A stretch of 64,000 nucleotides of DNA. Origin: Ramazzottius varieornatus. Lineage: Eukaryota > Animalia > Tardigrada. This document shows positions 24,913 through 37,996 of this stretch, piece after piece. The stretch lies in NCBI GenBank assembly GCA_001949185.1, contig BDGG01000002.1, positions 682,001 through 746,000 on the forward strand, read 5' to 3'. Within the stretch, counting starts at the first letter, position 1. Every line of letters starts with the position of its first letter. A program made the translations under genes and the position numbers. Under the pieces are notes generated by a model. The model saw only the letters and a list, made by a program, of their open reading frames with translations. It had not been told where the DNA came from and did no database searches.

Positions 24913-27724
24913 TTAGAAGCTCAAGTTTAGGGGTGTGACTTCCCGAATGACGTTATGCGCATTACGCTGCTTCTGTGTCAGCGTCAACCGCCCACATGTT
25001 ACTTTATTGAAGTAAAGTAAGGCCGACCAGAGGACAACACAGACTGAGGCCAAGACGGTCATGCAAATCAAAAACTCTTTCCAGGGTATAGCACTCTGGT
25101 CCCCATTCTCCGTCATGTTCAAGATAGCTCCCGCGGTGGCCGTCACGCTCCCACTTCCGGCGTACTCGAAGAACTTGCCGGTACCCAAGGCTAGTCCGAC
25201 GTTCTGTGGCAGTACCAGGAGAGGAATACTGGACCAGATTAGTGGAGCAAAGGCCGTGTAGCCAGAGCCTATCAGGAATGTTATGGATGCTCCTGGGATG
25301 GCGGGGTATAAGGTCAGTTGGAGCAGGAACGCCACGAAGACCAGGATAGTGGAGAGCACTATGCCGAAGTCTCGGTGTCCGTACCGATCAGCTAGCCATC
25401 CGATCAGAGGAGACAACAGGCACACGTCGTAAATTATACCGACGATGTAGCTAGCGCTGCCTTCTGAGAATCCGTACACCGACTGTAGAAAAAGAGCAAG
25501 ATTACCGATGTATCCTTCCTACTTCCATGCGATTTATCTACTGAGGATACAGTCCTACCTGGGAAATTTGACAGTTCAAACACCACATTTCCAGTTTTGA
25601 ACGGTTCATTCCTTCACGGAATGGCTCACCATGTAGACTGTTTCAGACCGATCAGCTGATCGGCTGCACTCTTGATTTCTAGATCAAGTTGAACATTAAA
25701 AAGGGACGTCGATCAGCTCAGTGTAATTCCTAGCCAGACTGGTAGGGTCTGGGTGTGACATCAAAGCCTCGCCTCATCAGAGCCTTACGTCATCGCGGCA
25801 CACTGGAGCGGTCAATGGACTTTCATCTCCCAGTCCTATAGTTCATTCCAGGATCGTCGGGGGATTTAGTTACCTAGCTCAGATTGTAGAAGAGACTCTT
25901 TTCTATCGTTCGGTCGGGTCGGTTTGACTATCGGGAAGTCGGGACAGGCATGTGAGAATGGGTGCGAACTATACTGTGACTATAAGTTCCGACAAATGGG
26001 ACGCTGAAGATGCTAACAGAAAACGTACCACTTGGCATAGTAAGGCTGCAATGTCACACCCCACCTTCGGGCGCCTGTGCGATTCCCAGACTCTACGAGT
26101 CCGGCCAGGAACTCCACCGGATCAGCTGATCGTACTTTTGCCATATTGACCAGCAGTCCCGTAAGGAATCAATGTTCAGTCGCAGAAGGAGCAACTGTCA
26201 AATCTCGCAGGTGGGACTGTATCGAGTTATAGTGTACGCGGAAATTAAACTCCGGTAGAATGTACAGCACAGTTAACCAGATTTTGACCGTCCATGTTGG
26301 CGAATCTAGGAATCAACTTTGTGATCGGACGGAGTTCAAACGCACACACCTGTCCACTCTACTCCTTTCCGGACGTTACTTTCCGCGTACACTGTACTTT
26401 GTGCAGTTTGACTTCGCCTTCGGCTGAGCATCTTTATAAGGGAACATACAAGTAGTTTATTAGCAAAGATCAAAGGCACCACCGCCCCCCCCCCTACCCA
26501 TCAAAGGGAATGAATGGAGCCGGCGCCGGGTGGTTACGTAATACTGGTATGCTCCCTAAGATGTTTTCAGAGGATTGTGTCTTTTAGAGTAACTTATACG
26601 GATACAGTAGTTCACCGCGAAGAGGATTCGAGAAAGGAGCTAATACCTATGTAGATCTTTATCTTACCGCGAAGAAATTGGGAGCGTTGGCGACGAAAGT
26701 CTGTACCGTGCCATCGTACAGGAATAAGGTAATCACCAGGAGCCAGTACAGTGTATCGAACTGACCTAGTGCTGTCCAAATGGTCCACCAGGGTCTTTTG
26801 GCAGACTCTGTCTCGAACAGCCCAACCGTCCGAACTCTGTCCAAATGAGCCAGCAGGAGTAATGCCGCCACCCCGATCAGGTTGAGTCCGAAGGTAAACC
26901 ACAGCACTCCGCGCATGTTTATAACTTCGACTAACCCTCCCAGAACCAGGAACATGGAGGCGGTACCCAGCCGGTCAAAAAGGATCTCAATGGAGAAAGC
27001 CAAGGCTAGTTCCTTGTACAGAAACCAGCCGGTCTTTACACGGTGCAGCAACACTTCGTATCCGCCGGTTCCAAACCCGAATATCATCCTTCCTAGGATC
27101 ATCAGGGCGTATGCGGTCCTTGTCGTCATCGCATACGCACCCAGTGTGAAGATCAGGCTAAAGAATCATCCATGTGAAGCACTGCTTTCGCTGCTCTCCA
27201 GTCCGACGTCGACAAACGATTTCTTCCCTTTTCCCAAGTGGCGCAGGCTCTTAGCCGATAACAATGAAAACGTGTGCGACTTGGGAAAACAGTCAAACTC
27301 AAACTTCAGATCGTAATCACAAGTGGCGCACACTTCCAGCAAGTCAAAATGATATCGTGCGCCACATTGAGATAGCGATTTGGGTGAAAGCTCTTGTCGA
27401 CGTCTCACCTTATATTCAAATGGCCAACTGAACTTACGGGCCCAAGAAGAGGAACGCAGCAAAGCCCCACAGCACATACTTGCTTCCAAACTGATCAACA
27501 AGGATACCGGCCAGAATGGCTGCCACAGCTCGTGACCATGGGTAGACACCAACAATGATGTTGAACTGCATGAGATCGAATTGGAGGCAGGATTCCGTTC
27601 CGTTGGTGCAGGCCGAAGCGGTACCGGTTAGCCGTTGCACCAAAGTGCTGAGCTGGAGCTCGAAGAAGTTGGGCAAGGAGACTGCTATACAGCAAAACAC
27701 CAGAACCCACCAACGGGTATCCAT
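24913..27724 (-). CDS. MFS transporter, MFSD1-like
   Basis: Three phase-compatible exons (~27724-27437, 27157-26668, 25482-24913); AGILVDQFG, GRMIFGFG, WFLYKELALAF...RLG, GWLADRYG; start uncertain. Confidence 0.85.
25550..26219. mobile_element. Tc1/pogo-type MITE in MFS intron
   Basis: TIRs CAGTCCTACCTGGGAAATTTGACAGTT / AACTGTCAAATCTCGCAGGTGGGACTG with TA on both sides. Confidence 0.75.
26230..26394. mobile_element. Tc1-type MITE in MFS intron
   Basis: AGTGTACGCGGAAA ... TTTCCGCGTACACTG, TA flanks; terminus resembles the Tc1 end at 16801. Confidence 0.7.
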
Positions 27725-28224
27725 CTTCCCTAGTCCAGTCGATAGCACCGTCAGTTCATCTTCATGGGTCAGAATTTGAGCCTGTCCATTCCTAGATTGA
27801 TCTTACGATATCTACCGTATTCTTTAAAATTATCTTCCATTTAGAAAGGCAACAGCTGGTTGCACTTACCTAGCCTGCAGCGAGGTTGCCTACAGTAGAC
27901 CACAGTGTCATTAATTACTCCAGGGCAAAGACTTTGAATGAAGACGGAAAATGCCGTCATATAATATACGGTAATTTGGCTCCTGCACAGTTTCAAAGTA
28001 CCGTTATTCCAAAATTGGACAACGGACGGCAACCAAAAGTGCGAAACCCAAAACTGAACAAAAAACTAACCATGAATCAACAAGGCGTATATAACCAGAA
28101 AGAAACAGTGTATGTAACGCTGGCCAGCGCTCACCAAGATGAGAAAGACCAAAGAGAAAATCAAACGTTTAATCACAGTAACAAGTGCACGTGTAAGCTG
28201 ACAAAAATGACAAACGGTTTGGAT

Positions 28225-31200
28225 TCATCGGTGTCGTTTATGTTGGGAATCGAAGAATTGGTACACTGTGGCATTATGATGAAGTGCTTCATCGATCGAC
28301 TCGCTGTTTGGAACTGACCGTCCTTTCCGAGACTTGATACGCCACCTGCGGTAATTTATTGGCGGTATCTTCGAGCAAGATGTGACGGGATTCGACCTGC
28401 ATGAAGTACACCTATTATTCTATGGAACGTACGCAAAATGAGCTCCCGTGTAACAGGGCAAATAGCCAGATTCCTACTCTGGATCTGAAAGCAGGAACGC
28501 GTTGAGCTGCACGGACTCCATGAGGGGCGTGTTGTCGCAAAGTATTCTCGACATGGTCACACCGTGGATTGCGTCAATTTGTTCTGAAAAAGTGTTAGAC
28601 CGATACATTTAGTATTAAACTGGAAAAAGTCTGAAGTCAGTCTGGAAGGAAAGCTGGTCCAAAGCTGGTTGTATTTATGCAGGCACGTTCCATGTCGAAG
28701 TTCTTCCTCCCATTCTGCTACGGTTAATTTTAAATTTACTGCGTCATTCTCGATTTTATGCCTGGTTTGAACTTACTTTCTGTCAGTGACGAAGGCAATG
28801 GTAGATTGTTCTCATACCAAAATCTGTCTCCAAATTTCAGTCTTCTGAACTGCTCAGCAATGATACAGCCAAAGGTCGGACCGACTCTTGCACCAGACAT
28901 ATGGTTCTCCGCAGCTCCGGCGGCATAGACGTCCACATCTTCAATGTCACTGGAAACAGAAATACATTCAGTCATCAGACTTGAACTGAATAAACCAACT
29001 GAAGACCGGTAAACAAAGCGTAAAAGATGTCCCGGCCAAGTGGCACACTCTGCAAGCCGACTTATACTGAGACCGTGCGTCGGCAAGAACAAACAATCAA
29101 ACTCGACAATATCGTTTTTCCCCAGGTGGCGCACGCTCTCAGCTAACTTACTGCAGACGTGCGCCACTTGAAAAACCATCTTGCCGACCTTCCAGTCAAG
29201 CGGCTGTTCATGTTGACTTACTCATAGTTGTCTGCCATTCTGTCGACGATTTCTGTAGACACAATATCCATGCCGCGAAGTTCGTCGAAATTACTGGCCG
29301 TCGACAGTCCACACAGTTTCCTCCATTTCATCCAGCCCTGCAGACCGTGGTCACGGCCACGCTGGACATTTAGCGCGGTCAAGTCCAGTCCGAAAGCGTC
29401 GCCAGGTAGTTCGAACAAGTGGTTGGTTAGGTCGTCCACGAAGTTGTTGTCAATCTCCTGCGTGGGAGAAGACACCATACCAAGTATAATCTCGTCGAAA
29501 GCGTCCTTGTCGTAGAGGGCAAATGGTCGGAAATACGTCGAGCGCAGTTGCTCCTTCTTACGAACGCCGAAGTCCTTGTCTGCACGAGGGAAGAGGTTGG
29601 GAACCATGGTGTGGCCAACGCGGTAGGCGGCAGTGGAGAACTCGTTGAGGATGCTCGGATTGAGGGTGATGTCATAGTCGTCCGTGGAGCCTTCTTCCAT
29701 GATTTGCAGGTTCCACTTGTCCATTATGTCCTCGCCCAGTAAAATAGGCAGAAATTCCTGCAACGTCAACCCACATATTTTCTAAATATCTTCTCATACT
29801 TTTTGAATATTCTCTGAATCTTTTCTAGACATTTGGACAAGTTTAGATTTTAGTCTGAATATGTTCGGCTCATAAATTAAAGTTTTAGCTTTCCATTACG
29901 TTGTAGGCGATATGTTGTAGCTGAGCCGCCACGATATGCCGAGCTTCCTGGTACAGCTTCTCGTCGTTCCATCTTGGGTTCAAGTCACGAAGGATATTGG
30001 CAACAAAATTGTGTTGTCGAAGCCATAAGGTTTGTACTTCAGCTATACCAAGCTACAACGGTATAAAGTTCGTGAAATGATAAGAAGAGGGACTGAAACG
30101 AAATACACATTGAAGGATCTACAGTCGATGTCAGTAGCAACTTACATGCACATTGACGCGACTGTCACCTGCAACACAGCAAAACTTTTTTTCATGTTCC
30201 AGCTTCAAGGGGACAGCACATGGGCGGATGCTTCCAGACAAGGTCGGCCTCTACGTACCAGCTTTGAAACACTTCTTGGTAGCTGTGGGTGCAATACAGT
30301 CCGAAGCTTTGGCATTTTGTGGGGGCAGAGCGTAGTGTGGGTCGCTGGTTGGAGCGAAGACGTCCAAGTTTCCTGAATTGGGAAAGTTACCACGTTCAGA
30401 TTTACATGACCGTTAATGGTGGCGGTCCGCAGAGGCGCTTTCGTGAATCTCAAATCTCACCGTCTTGGAATGTCCGCAAGCTATCCGCCTTTGCCTTTGT
30501 TTGGCCATAAACTGCAACCAATTAATTGATGGGAAAAACGGCTAGTCGATTAGCAGACCATTAAGTTCAGATGTGAAGCGATATATAAATATTTCGCCCT
30601 CTTACTCGCACTTCCGTCGATGAAGGCGGTGTTCGTATTGAACTGTTCACGGATACCCTGACCGCAGCCAGTTCGACTTCCCGGATGACTTCGAACGAAT
30701 TCCATACATTTCTGCTTCAGCCTGCAAAGTCGTTAATATTGATCGATGTGAGCCGAGCTGGAATTGGACCGAAGTAAGTTGGTTCTTGCTGTTCTTACGG
30801 AGCCAGAAAATCATCATCCTTGGGTATGACGATGGGCATGCACACAGGGTCCAGCTTGGTTTTGTCATCTGCCGGACAGCAACTGGGCAACTGCCCATCT
30901 GCCCCGTGAGCTTTGGGAGTATTCTGTGGGATGACAGCAGGATTATTTTAGCTCAACAGTCCAGCATACCGGTATACAAGAAGGACCAAATGTGAAGAAA
31001 AGGAGCGAGCACAGAGATGAAGGCTGATGAGACCAAATCAGCCGATTTCCCAGACAGTGTTCGTACCGTTATATCGTGATCCTGTGCGAAATACAAGGCA
31101 ACTTTCGGCTTTGTAGAAATTTCGAAAGATAAGATAAGGTTGAAAACAAAACAAGAGAGAAAATCCAAAACAGTCTTCACTTACGATTAACTGTCCAAAC

Positions 31201-32204
31201 TGCATGAACTGGAAACAAAACGAACATTTCATAAAAAAGGGAAACACGACAAACAAAGCCAATCATCAAACGTTCACACACCATCAAAGTCGTAGTAGTA
31301 GATGAGACGTCGTTGTTGCCCGACACTTTCTTGCTGATAATTCTAGCGGAAGGCAGCTTTCTGCCGCTCTTTGCTTTGCGCGGCTCCGCCACAGCTGCAA
31401 TTCATGAAAAATGCTCTTGGCAGGTCAAGATCAGGGGTAGAGCGAAAAAGCAGTTTCTGATACAGTAGGGAAGTACGATCACTTACAGTCGGCATAGTCG
31501 GGCTCCAGTAACCGTTTGAGAATGGAGTTTGTGGCTCCCCATCTCGGGAACGCAATATTGTTGCATGATCCGTCATGAGCTCGGTACCGTATCCGAGCAC
31601 AGTCTGGTAAGTCTCCACTGAATGGATCATCCAGCGGTACAGCTGGATCGTTTCTATAATTTAGAAAAAAAAAACCTGAAGTGAGGCAGACAAAGTCGAC
31701 CAGATTGTTTTCCCAGGGGACGTGCATTCTTCCTGTTATTGGCCGAGAGCGCGCGCCACTTGGAGAAAACAAGCTCGACTTATCTGAATGTTTTGCCAAG
31801 TGGCGCATGGTCTCGGTGTTACTGGCTCGATACGTGCGCCGCTCGAAAGAGTGATTTCGGCAGTTTTGATCACCGACCTTCCTGGCCCCAATCCAGAAAC
31901 TTGGCAAGAAGAACACAGCAATGGAAACTTACGCAGTAGGAGTACAGTCTTGTTTGATGAGTTTCGCGTCCGCCAGCACGGGGAACTCAATGCCTTCGGC
32001 TCCATCAGGTCCTTGCGAGACAGGTGGCGCCCTCCGCCCGTCAGAGGTCTCGATGGAGATAGTGAGGAGAACCCATATCGGTAACACGCTGTCCGAATAT
32101 CCAGAGTAATATCCAGGCCATCGTTTGGAACATCTCGGTAAACTTCATCAAAAGAGTTGACAGAATGCGGATACGTACCTGCGAATGTTTCTGAATGGTG
32201 CCAT
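28225..32204 (-). CDS. Secreted animal haem peroxidase (chorion peroxidase/peroxinectin-like)
   Basis: Multi-exon; signal [112 protein letters not shown]. Confidence 0.93.
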
Positions 32205-33685
32205 TGCCGCAGATGCGGACCGCAGACACGGATACAACACTGCCGCACGATGTCTCGTAATGAGCACTGCTTATCGGACAAAATATCCGTGATGGAAACC
32301 GTGAACCTGACGAACGGAAATCACCACGAAAACCTCTGCGAAGAACCTAAAAAAAAATTACTTCCGGGTTCGCACAAAAAATCGTGATCCGTATGATCTC
32401 GCTAGACTGAGTCAGCTGACTGAAGAGCTCAACCAGAGAGTAAAGAGAGAAATAGACAAGTGACGAAGGGAAACAAACCGCAGAACAATAACGGTAATAA
32501 AGTTTCCCCAAGCCGATGAGGAAGAAAAACAAATTTGCTAAATTTATCAAACCAGGAAGAAAATGGTTGTGTTTTTGATCTACTGCCGAAAGGTTTTCCT
32601 GTAAGACCATGAACATAGCGGATTAATCGATTACAGTGACAGTTACTTCTCTAATAAGAAAGGCCCAGCCACAAATATGCGGAAGTATTCGTTAGTTATA
32701 TTTTCTTACCGAATGTACCCGTCATAACAATTATCGTACGCTGTGGCGTATCGTGTTGTTTACGTTTAGGTGACAGCACTTGTGAATGACGTATGTTTCT
32801 GTATGAGACTAATTAGCCATAATACTGACTCACTCAGCTACGACGAGGTAAGTTTCAATGTCAAGGCCTTTGATGAGGAGGATGGCGCCATCGAAGCCGG
32901 CAATATGGCGCGTGTGGAGGTCTTACACAACAAGCCTAATTGCCTGCCTTGCAGGTTTATCTGCGCTACGTAGCGAAGAACTCATATCGTGGTTTCCGCT
33001 ATGTTTGGCTGTGGAGTGAAGAGTGTCATGACCACAAATGTATACAATGGATGGGCGGTTACGTATTAATTTGATCGGCCATGAATATGTCAATTGCACC
33101 AGCGATATTGCATGCCGTTACATTCTTCGAACCGTAAATAAAAAGTCTAAACGAGCCGAGTAACTTCCGCATCCGCGCTCGCTCTAACGCGTCATTTCTT
33201 CCAGGACAGAATTCCGAGGATAAGATTAGGTCGCCATAAAAAGCTAAGTAGCACTGTAACCCAACCGCAATAACCTGTGATATCTCGACTTGCGTGGATC
33301 GATCTCGTGTGGTTCAGTATCTTTTTTCGGACAAACTGCAGAAGCAGACCTGCATTTTTTTCTTTCCCTAATGGCGCAGGTTTTTCTTGTGCTCGTTATT
33401 TATAGAAAAAACACAGGCATTTTTATCCGTGGCACGTGTGGAAGTTCATCTACATTCCGTAAAGTTGATGAAGCGATATTTTGTAACTTTCCATGTAAGC
33501 GACAACGGCACCACGAAGGGCTTCGCGTCATCGCAAACCATGGTGATCCATCAATCTTGTTTCGCCTCACGGTTATGACTGGCGGCTGAAATGTAGACTT
33601 ATAGTGGCGACACGGATGTAGTGCACATGCCCGTGTTGATTCCATTAATTATATTTTCTAACACCATCGAAGGGGTGATTTCAGC

Positions 33686-34469
33686 TAGAGCTGTTAATGG
33701 TTTGAACCACATGGTTTGGTTTGGTTTGAGTGGTGGTTTGCATGCCAAACTGGTTAAATGAAAATGGTTTCTCCCGCAAACCACCAAAAGTGATCTGGTC
33801 TAAACTCCAAACCATTTAAACCAAACCACATAAACCACCGGTTTGAACCGGTTTGCGAACAGCTTTTTGATCACCAGTACATAGTTAACTCTGACACAGT
33901 TTTCTTCAATTGACTAATCAACGAAAATAACCACCGAGGACATAAGAAGTTGAGCAACCGTTGCTGGTTTCTCTACAAACGCAAATAGACAAAACTGGCG
34001 CATGCTGAAATTAAAGAAGCACCATGGCAAGCCTTCCGGAAGCGCAATCATTTTTCCACCAGGAGTGTTGTCCAACACTGCCGGAACTGCGATTTTTACC
34101 TGACGGGAGGCGTAGTTCTGATGTCGCGCAGCTTATGACACAGTGCTCACCCAGTCAAAGCTGTGCATCACGTGGCACTTAGAACGATGTGGCTGCGCAA
34201 AAAGATTGGCACTGTCAGACGGCGAATTTCGGCCAGACTTCTAGCACAGAATCTGCTGATTTCGTATGAAATTTCCCTTTACGGCAAACCATATTAAACC
34301 ACGTAAACCAGTGGTCCATATGGTTTGGCGTGAGATCGAAACCGGTTTGAGTGGTTTGATTCGAGATGCCATATGGTTTGAGGTGGTTCGGTTTGGATGT
34401 CAAACCACGAACCACATAAACCATATAAACCACTTTCTAAGTGGTCTGGTCTGGTTTTCAACAGCTCTA
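33686..34469. mobile_element. hAT-like MITE with AAACC/GGTTT subterminal repeats
   Basis: TAGAGCTGTT ... AACAGCTCTA TIRs; many GGTTT/AAACC motifs at both ends. Confidence 0.75.
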
Positions 34470-34653
34470 ATTTTTCAACCCCTCCGACGATGCGCGAGAA
34501 CAACAGATCTGGGTTAGTTTTATCTGGTCACAGAGATGCCTTATCGTCATCACGTGGATACAGGTTTTTAATTGTCGCTCGGTTCAGCATCGAAGATATC
34601 ACAAGCTCTAAGTCATCATCGAAAGCTGGAATTCGAGAAACCGCGGGGTCGTT

Positions 34654-35956
34654 TTACATGCGCTTGAAGGTTCGCTTGGCAGTTCCCTTGTCCCACTTTT
34701 AGTTCTGTAACACATCAAGAAAAAATTCGGAAGTACCTGACAGAGCGAAGGCCCTCCTCAACTTTAACCTTAATATCGTCTGTGTGGACGTACCATTTCC
34801 ATGCCCTGGTCGGTGAACGTGAACTCAACGTTGCAGGTGAATTTATTTTCAAAGGTTTGCTTTTCAAGGAGCATGTCGCCATGCTTGCTGAAGGTGCATT
34901 TGACTTCTCGGCCACTGGGAGTCTTGACAAAAACTTCCTTTCCAAGGGTGAATTTACCTCCTTGTCCAGCTTTTCAGTGTGGATCTTGATGCAGTATTCC
35001 TCCCCAGTCTTCTTGATTTCAACCTGGGGCTTCACCTTCTTCTGGGCCTCTGCAATTATTGTACAATGTATCGATCAGCATTGAATTTCGGGGCTGCAAA
35101 CGAAACGGACGAGATTGTTATCCCAAGTGGCGCACCTTGGAAAACCCATCTTGTCCCATTTGACTGATTTCCCAAGTGGCGCACTTCAGCATTGTTGTTG
35201 TTGCTGTCGATCAGGAGCTTGCGCCACTTGGGATGATCTTGCACATTTCCTTTGCCCGCCTCCATTATGAACGAGTTGCGCGTCGCAACTCAAAATGACT
35301 TTGACGAGAGTGGGGTTATAATGGTCCATCTTCAGGCCTTTGCCAGTTTACCCAGGCTGCGGTGAGATGCACGTGACCACACTTGCCTACGTGATCTGTT
35401 GATTAGTTGATTCGCGATTCCGTGACGTCACTTTCGCCCTGGATCCAGGCACGCAAGGAGCTTTCAAACATCTCTCTAATATCTCACAACCGTCAGATTT
35501 CTGCGCGATCGATCACAAAACTTCGAGCATAAAAATCTAGAATTCCTCAACGTGGAGCCGTCCGAAAAAAGTTGTCAGAACGAGCAGAAAGAATGAGAGT
35601 GCCTACCTTTCCTTAATGTTTTAATCATTCCACGTGCCTTCCCAGCTGGAGACTGGTGGCACCTCATACTGGCAGCTCACCGGCGCCTCGGCAGCACTAT
35701 CTTGCATATCATAGACCACTATAACCCCCCTCTGCTTTGACTATGGATCAGCCAAACCGTTCTGTGTTCTGGTAAGAGGAAGTCCAGCTGAGGAGCAAGG
35801 CTCTGTTCAACGACAGTAATATACGTACTTTTCCATGGCACCTGCCATCATCACTTATTTTTTCACTTGATTGTTTCTGCTTGTATAGCTGTAAACCACA
35901 AGCCCTCCACAAGTCAGAATTGTATCTTCCAGCAAAAATGAGTCCTTCGTTGACAT
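34654..35956 (-). pseudogene. Fatty-acid-binding protein pseudogene (tandem paralog)
   Basis: KPQVEIKKTGEEYCIKI..; 1-nt frameshift ~34950 then FTLGKEVFVKTPSGR..NVEFTFT; last exon N*KWDKGTAKRTFKRM (TAA 34699-34701 where the intact copy has TAC); first exon only tentatively placed. Confidence 0.85.
35306..35734. mobile_element. MITE inside FABP pseudogene
   Basis: AGAGTGGGGTTATAATGGTC / GACCACTATAACCCCCCTCT inverted ends, CTTTGAC on both flanks. Confidence 0.6.
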
Positions 35957-35991
35957 CACTTGGTTAATTGATGAACTATTGGATCGAATCC

Positions 35992-36577
35992 TCACAACCG
36001 TTTGTAGGTTCGCTGGGCATTACCACCATCCCACTTGTAGTCCTAAAAAATCACAGAAAGGGAGATTGATGAAACTAACATTGCAACTTGTAACCGTTGA
36101 GTTCGAGGAAGCTTCCGCACACTGCGAGTGTAAAATACATACCAGCTGGGTGCCCTCTGGTGTGAAGGTATACTCGACGTTGGCGATGAATTCATCCTCG
36201 AAAATTTGCTTCTGGACCAGCTTGCTGCCTTGTTGGGTGATGGTGGACCTGATGGTCTTGCCGCTGGGAGTCTTTTCGGTAAACTCTTGGCCGATCTTGA
36301 ACTTCATTTCCTTATTCATCACTTCCGTGTTGATCTTCATGGTCCATTCTTCACCGTCCTTGGACAGCTCGATGACCGGCTTCAGTTGCTTTCCGATTTC
36401 TGTAGAGGGAGGTGCACCGCATTGATCACTATTCACAGTAGTCTTTGAACAGAAGAAACAGAAACTGGAAAGAAGCTTACCGATCTGCTCCGCAGACGCG
36501 CCAGTCTTCCTCAGGTACTCATCGAAGCCGGTGCTGTTGGCCAGCTCGTACTTTCCAGCGACGTTAGGAGCAGCCAT
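35992..36577 (-). CDS. Cytosolic fatty-acid-binding protein (FABP)
   Basis: Three exons: MAAPNVAGKYELANSTGFDEYLRKTG / KP...GEEWTMK..FKIGQEFTEKTPSG / DYKWDGGNAQRTYKRL*; no signal peptide. Confidence 0.92.
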
Positions 36578-37996
36578 CTTGACAAAAAAGGTGCAACACG
36601 TAGGGCGACGGGAAGAACTTTCGAAAGTCCACACGGAAGGTAACAGAACTGGCCAGAAGACTAGGCGGAAAACAGCAGTCTTTTATATCCAAGTTCACAC
36701 CGGTATCACTGAGACGTTTGCACGTTAGACCAGGTGAGATCAACACAGATACCGATAAAAGCAAAAGGTACATGGGGTATGGTAAACGAGCCGTCTACGT
36801 GTATGTCATTTTGCACATTTGCTCGAGTTGTCACAGCAGACAAAACCTGTGGACCTCGACGGTGATATCATTTTGTTTAGCGAAGCGAAACGAAATGGTT
36901 AATACATTCAAACGCAGGCGAAAGTTCAACAAAGGTATCTGCAGAGTTACGACAGCCTTTGTGTTTGCCGGATAAACATAATTCCGGATAGTCATAAAGA
37001 GGATTGGTCATGATCAAGGACAGAAACATCGACCAAAAGCTCTTAAGTCCGAAGGTTCAACACTTTGTGCAGAATATACAGAAACTTATCGTGCCAAACC
37101 TCCATCCCTCTGCGTAATTTCTCGTGGACTTTTTCGAATGCCCCTGCACACTATCAGGCTACCAGCTTCGGGACGACTACTGGTGTATCCCTCGCGTCAT
37201 ACTGCGACAATACCTTCTCGAAGAACTAACCGACAAACATGAACAGAAAACGCTACCAACACTCCATTGTTGGTATGGACTGTTGGTAAAGAAGGAAAGG
37301 GTTCTGGCCGGATGCGATCAGGAGGGATTTGGTGCACGTACAGGTGCCGTCACTCCGAATGCATCTCACCTATAAAAAAGGGAAACAACAAAGTATTCTG
37401 AATCTATCTAGTACTGCATGTTAGATCGAGCTTAACAATGAAAGGGAGGAAGTACCTGATGCCGGCTATATTAAGAGCAACGCCCCTTATCTCGTACGTT
37501 GCGCCTGCTAACAACTTTAAAATCTGAATCGCTAGTCGGCATTTTTCTTCATGCCAACCAGTCTGTTCTTCTGGCTGATACTTCACGTAGAACTTCTCGA
37601 TCGACACGCCGTTGTCCAGAAAGTAGAGCTCCCTGTGTTCGCCATGGCGTTGACCACTTAATTTGTAGAATACGGCGCTGTCACTTTCAGGGACAACAGC
37701 GTTGTCGACTTTTCGGATTTATCATTAACACTGTCTTTCGAATCTTCCATGCGATGATGATAGTCAATTTTCTAAACTACAAGTCTCCAGCTGAGGGCGC
37801 AGATTGGTCGGGTGTTGCTTGAGTACTCTTCTGACAATTCTTGACAGAAAGAAGGCAAACCCGACACGAGTCACAAGATCGACGCGATGACTCGGAAATC
37901 CTCTCACTATCAGGGTCAACGGAAAGAAACTATCACAAAACCAGATTAAAACAACAACGTAAGACTTTACTATGTACAGTACAGACTTTCGGCCCG

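Noticed and set aside
32041-32148. [10 protein letters not shown] as peroxidase signal peptide with a frameshift
   Set aside because: An upstream exon (ATG 32204) splices in phase to give a clean signal peptide without any frameshift
35992-36577. Tardigrade SAHS protein
   Set aside because: No signal peptide; conventional cytosolic FABP motifs
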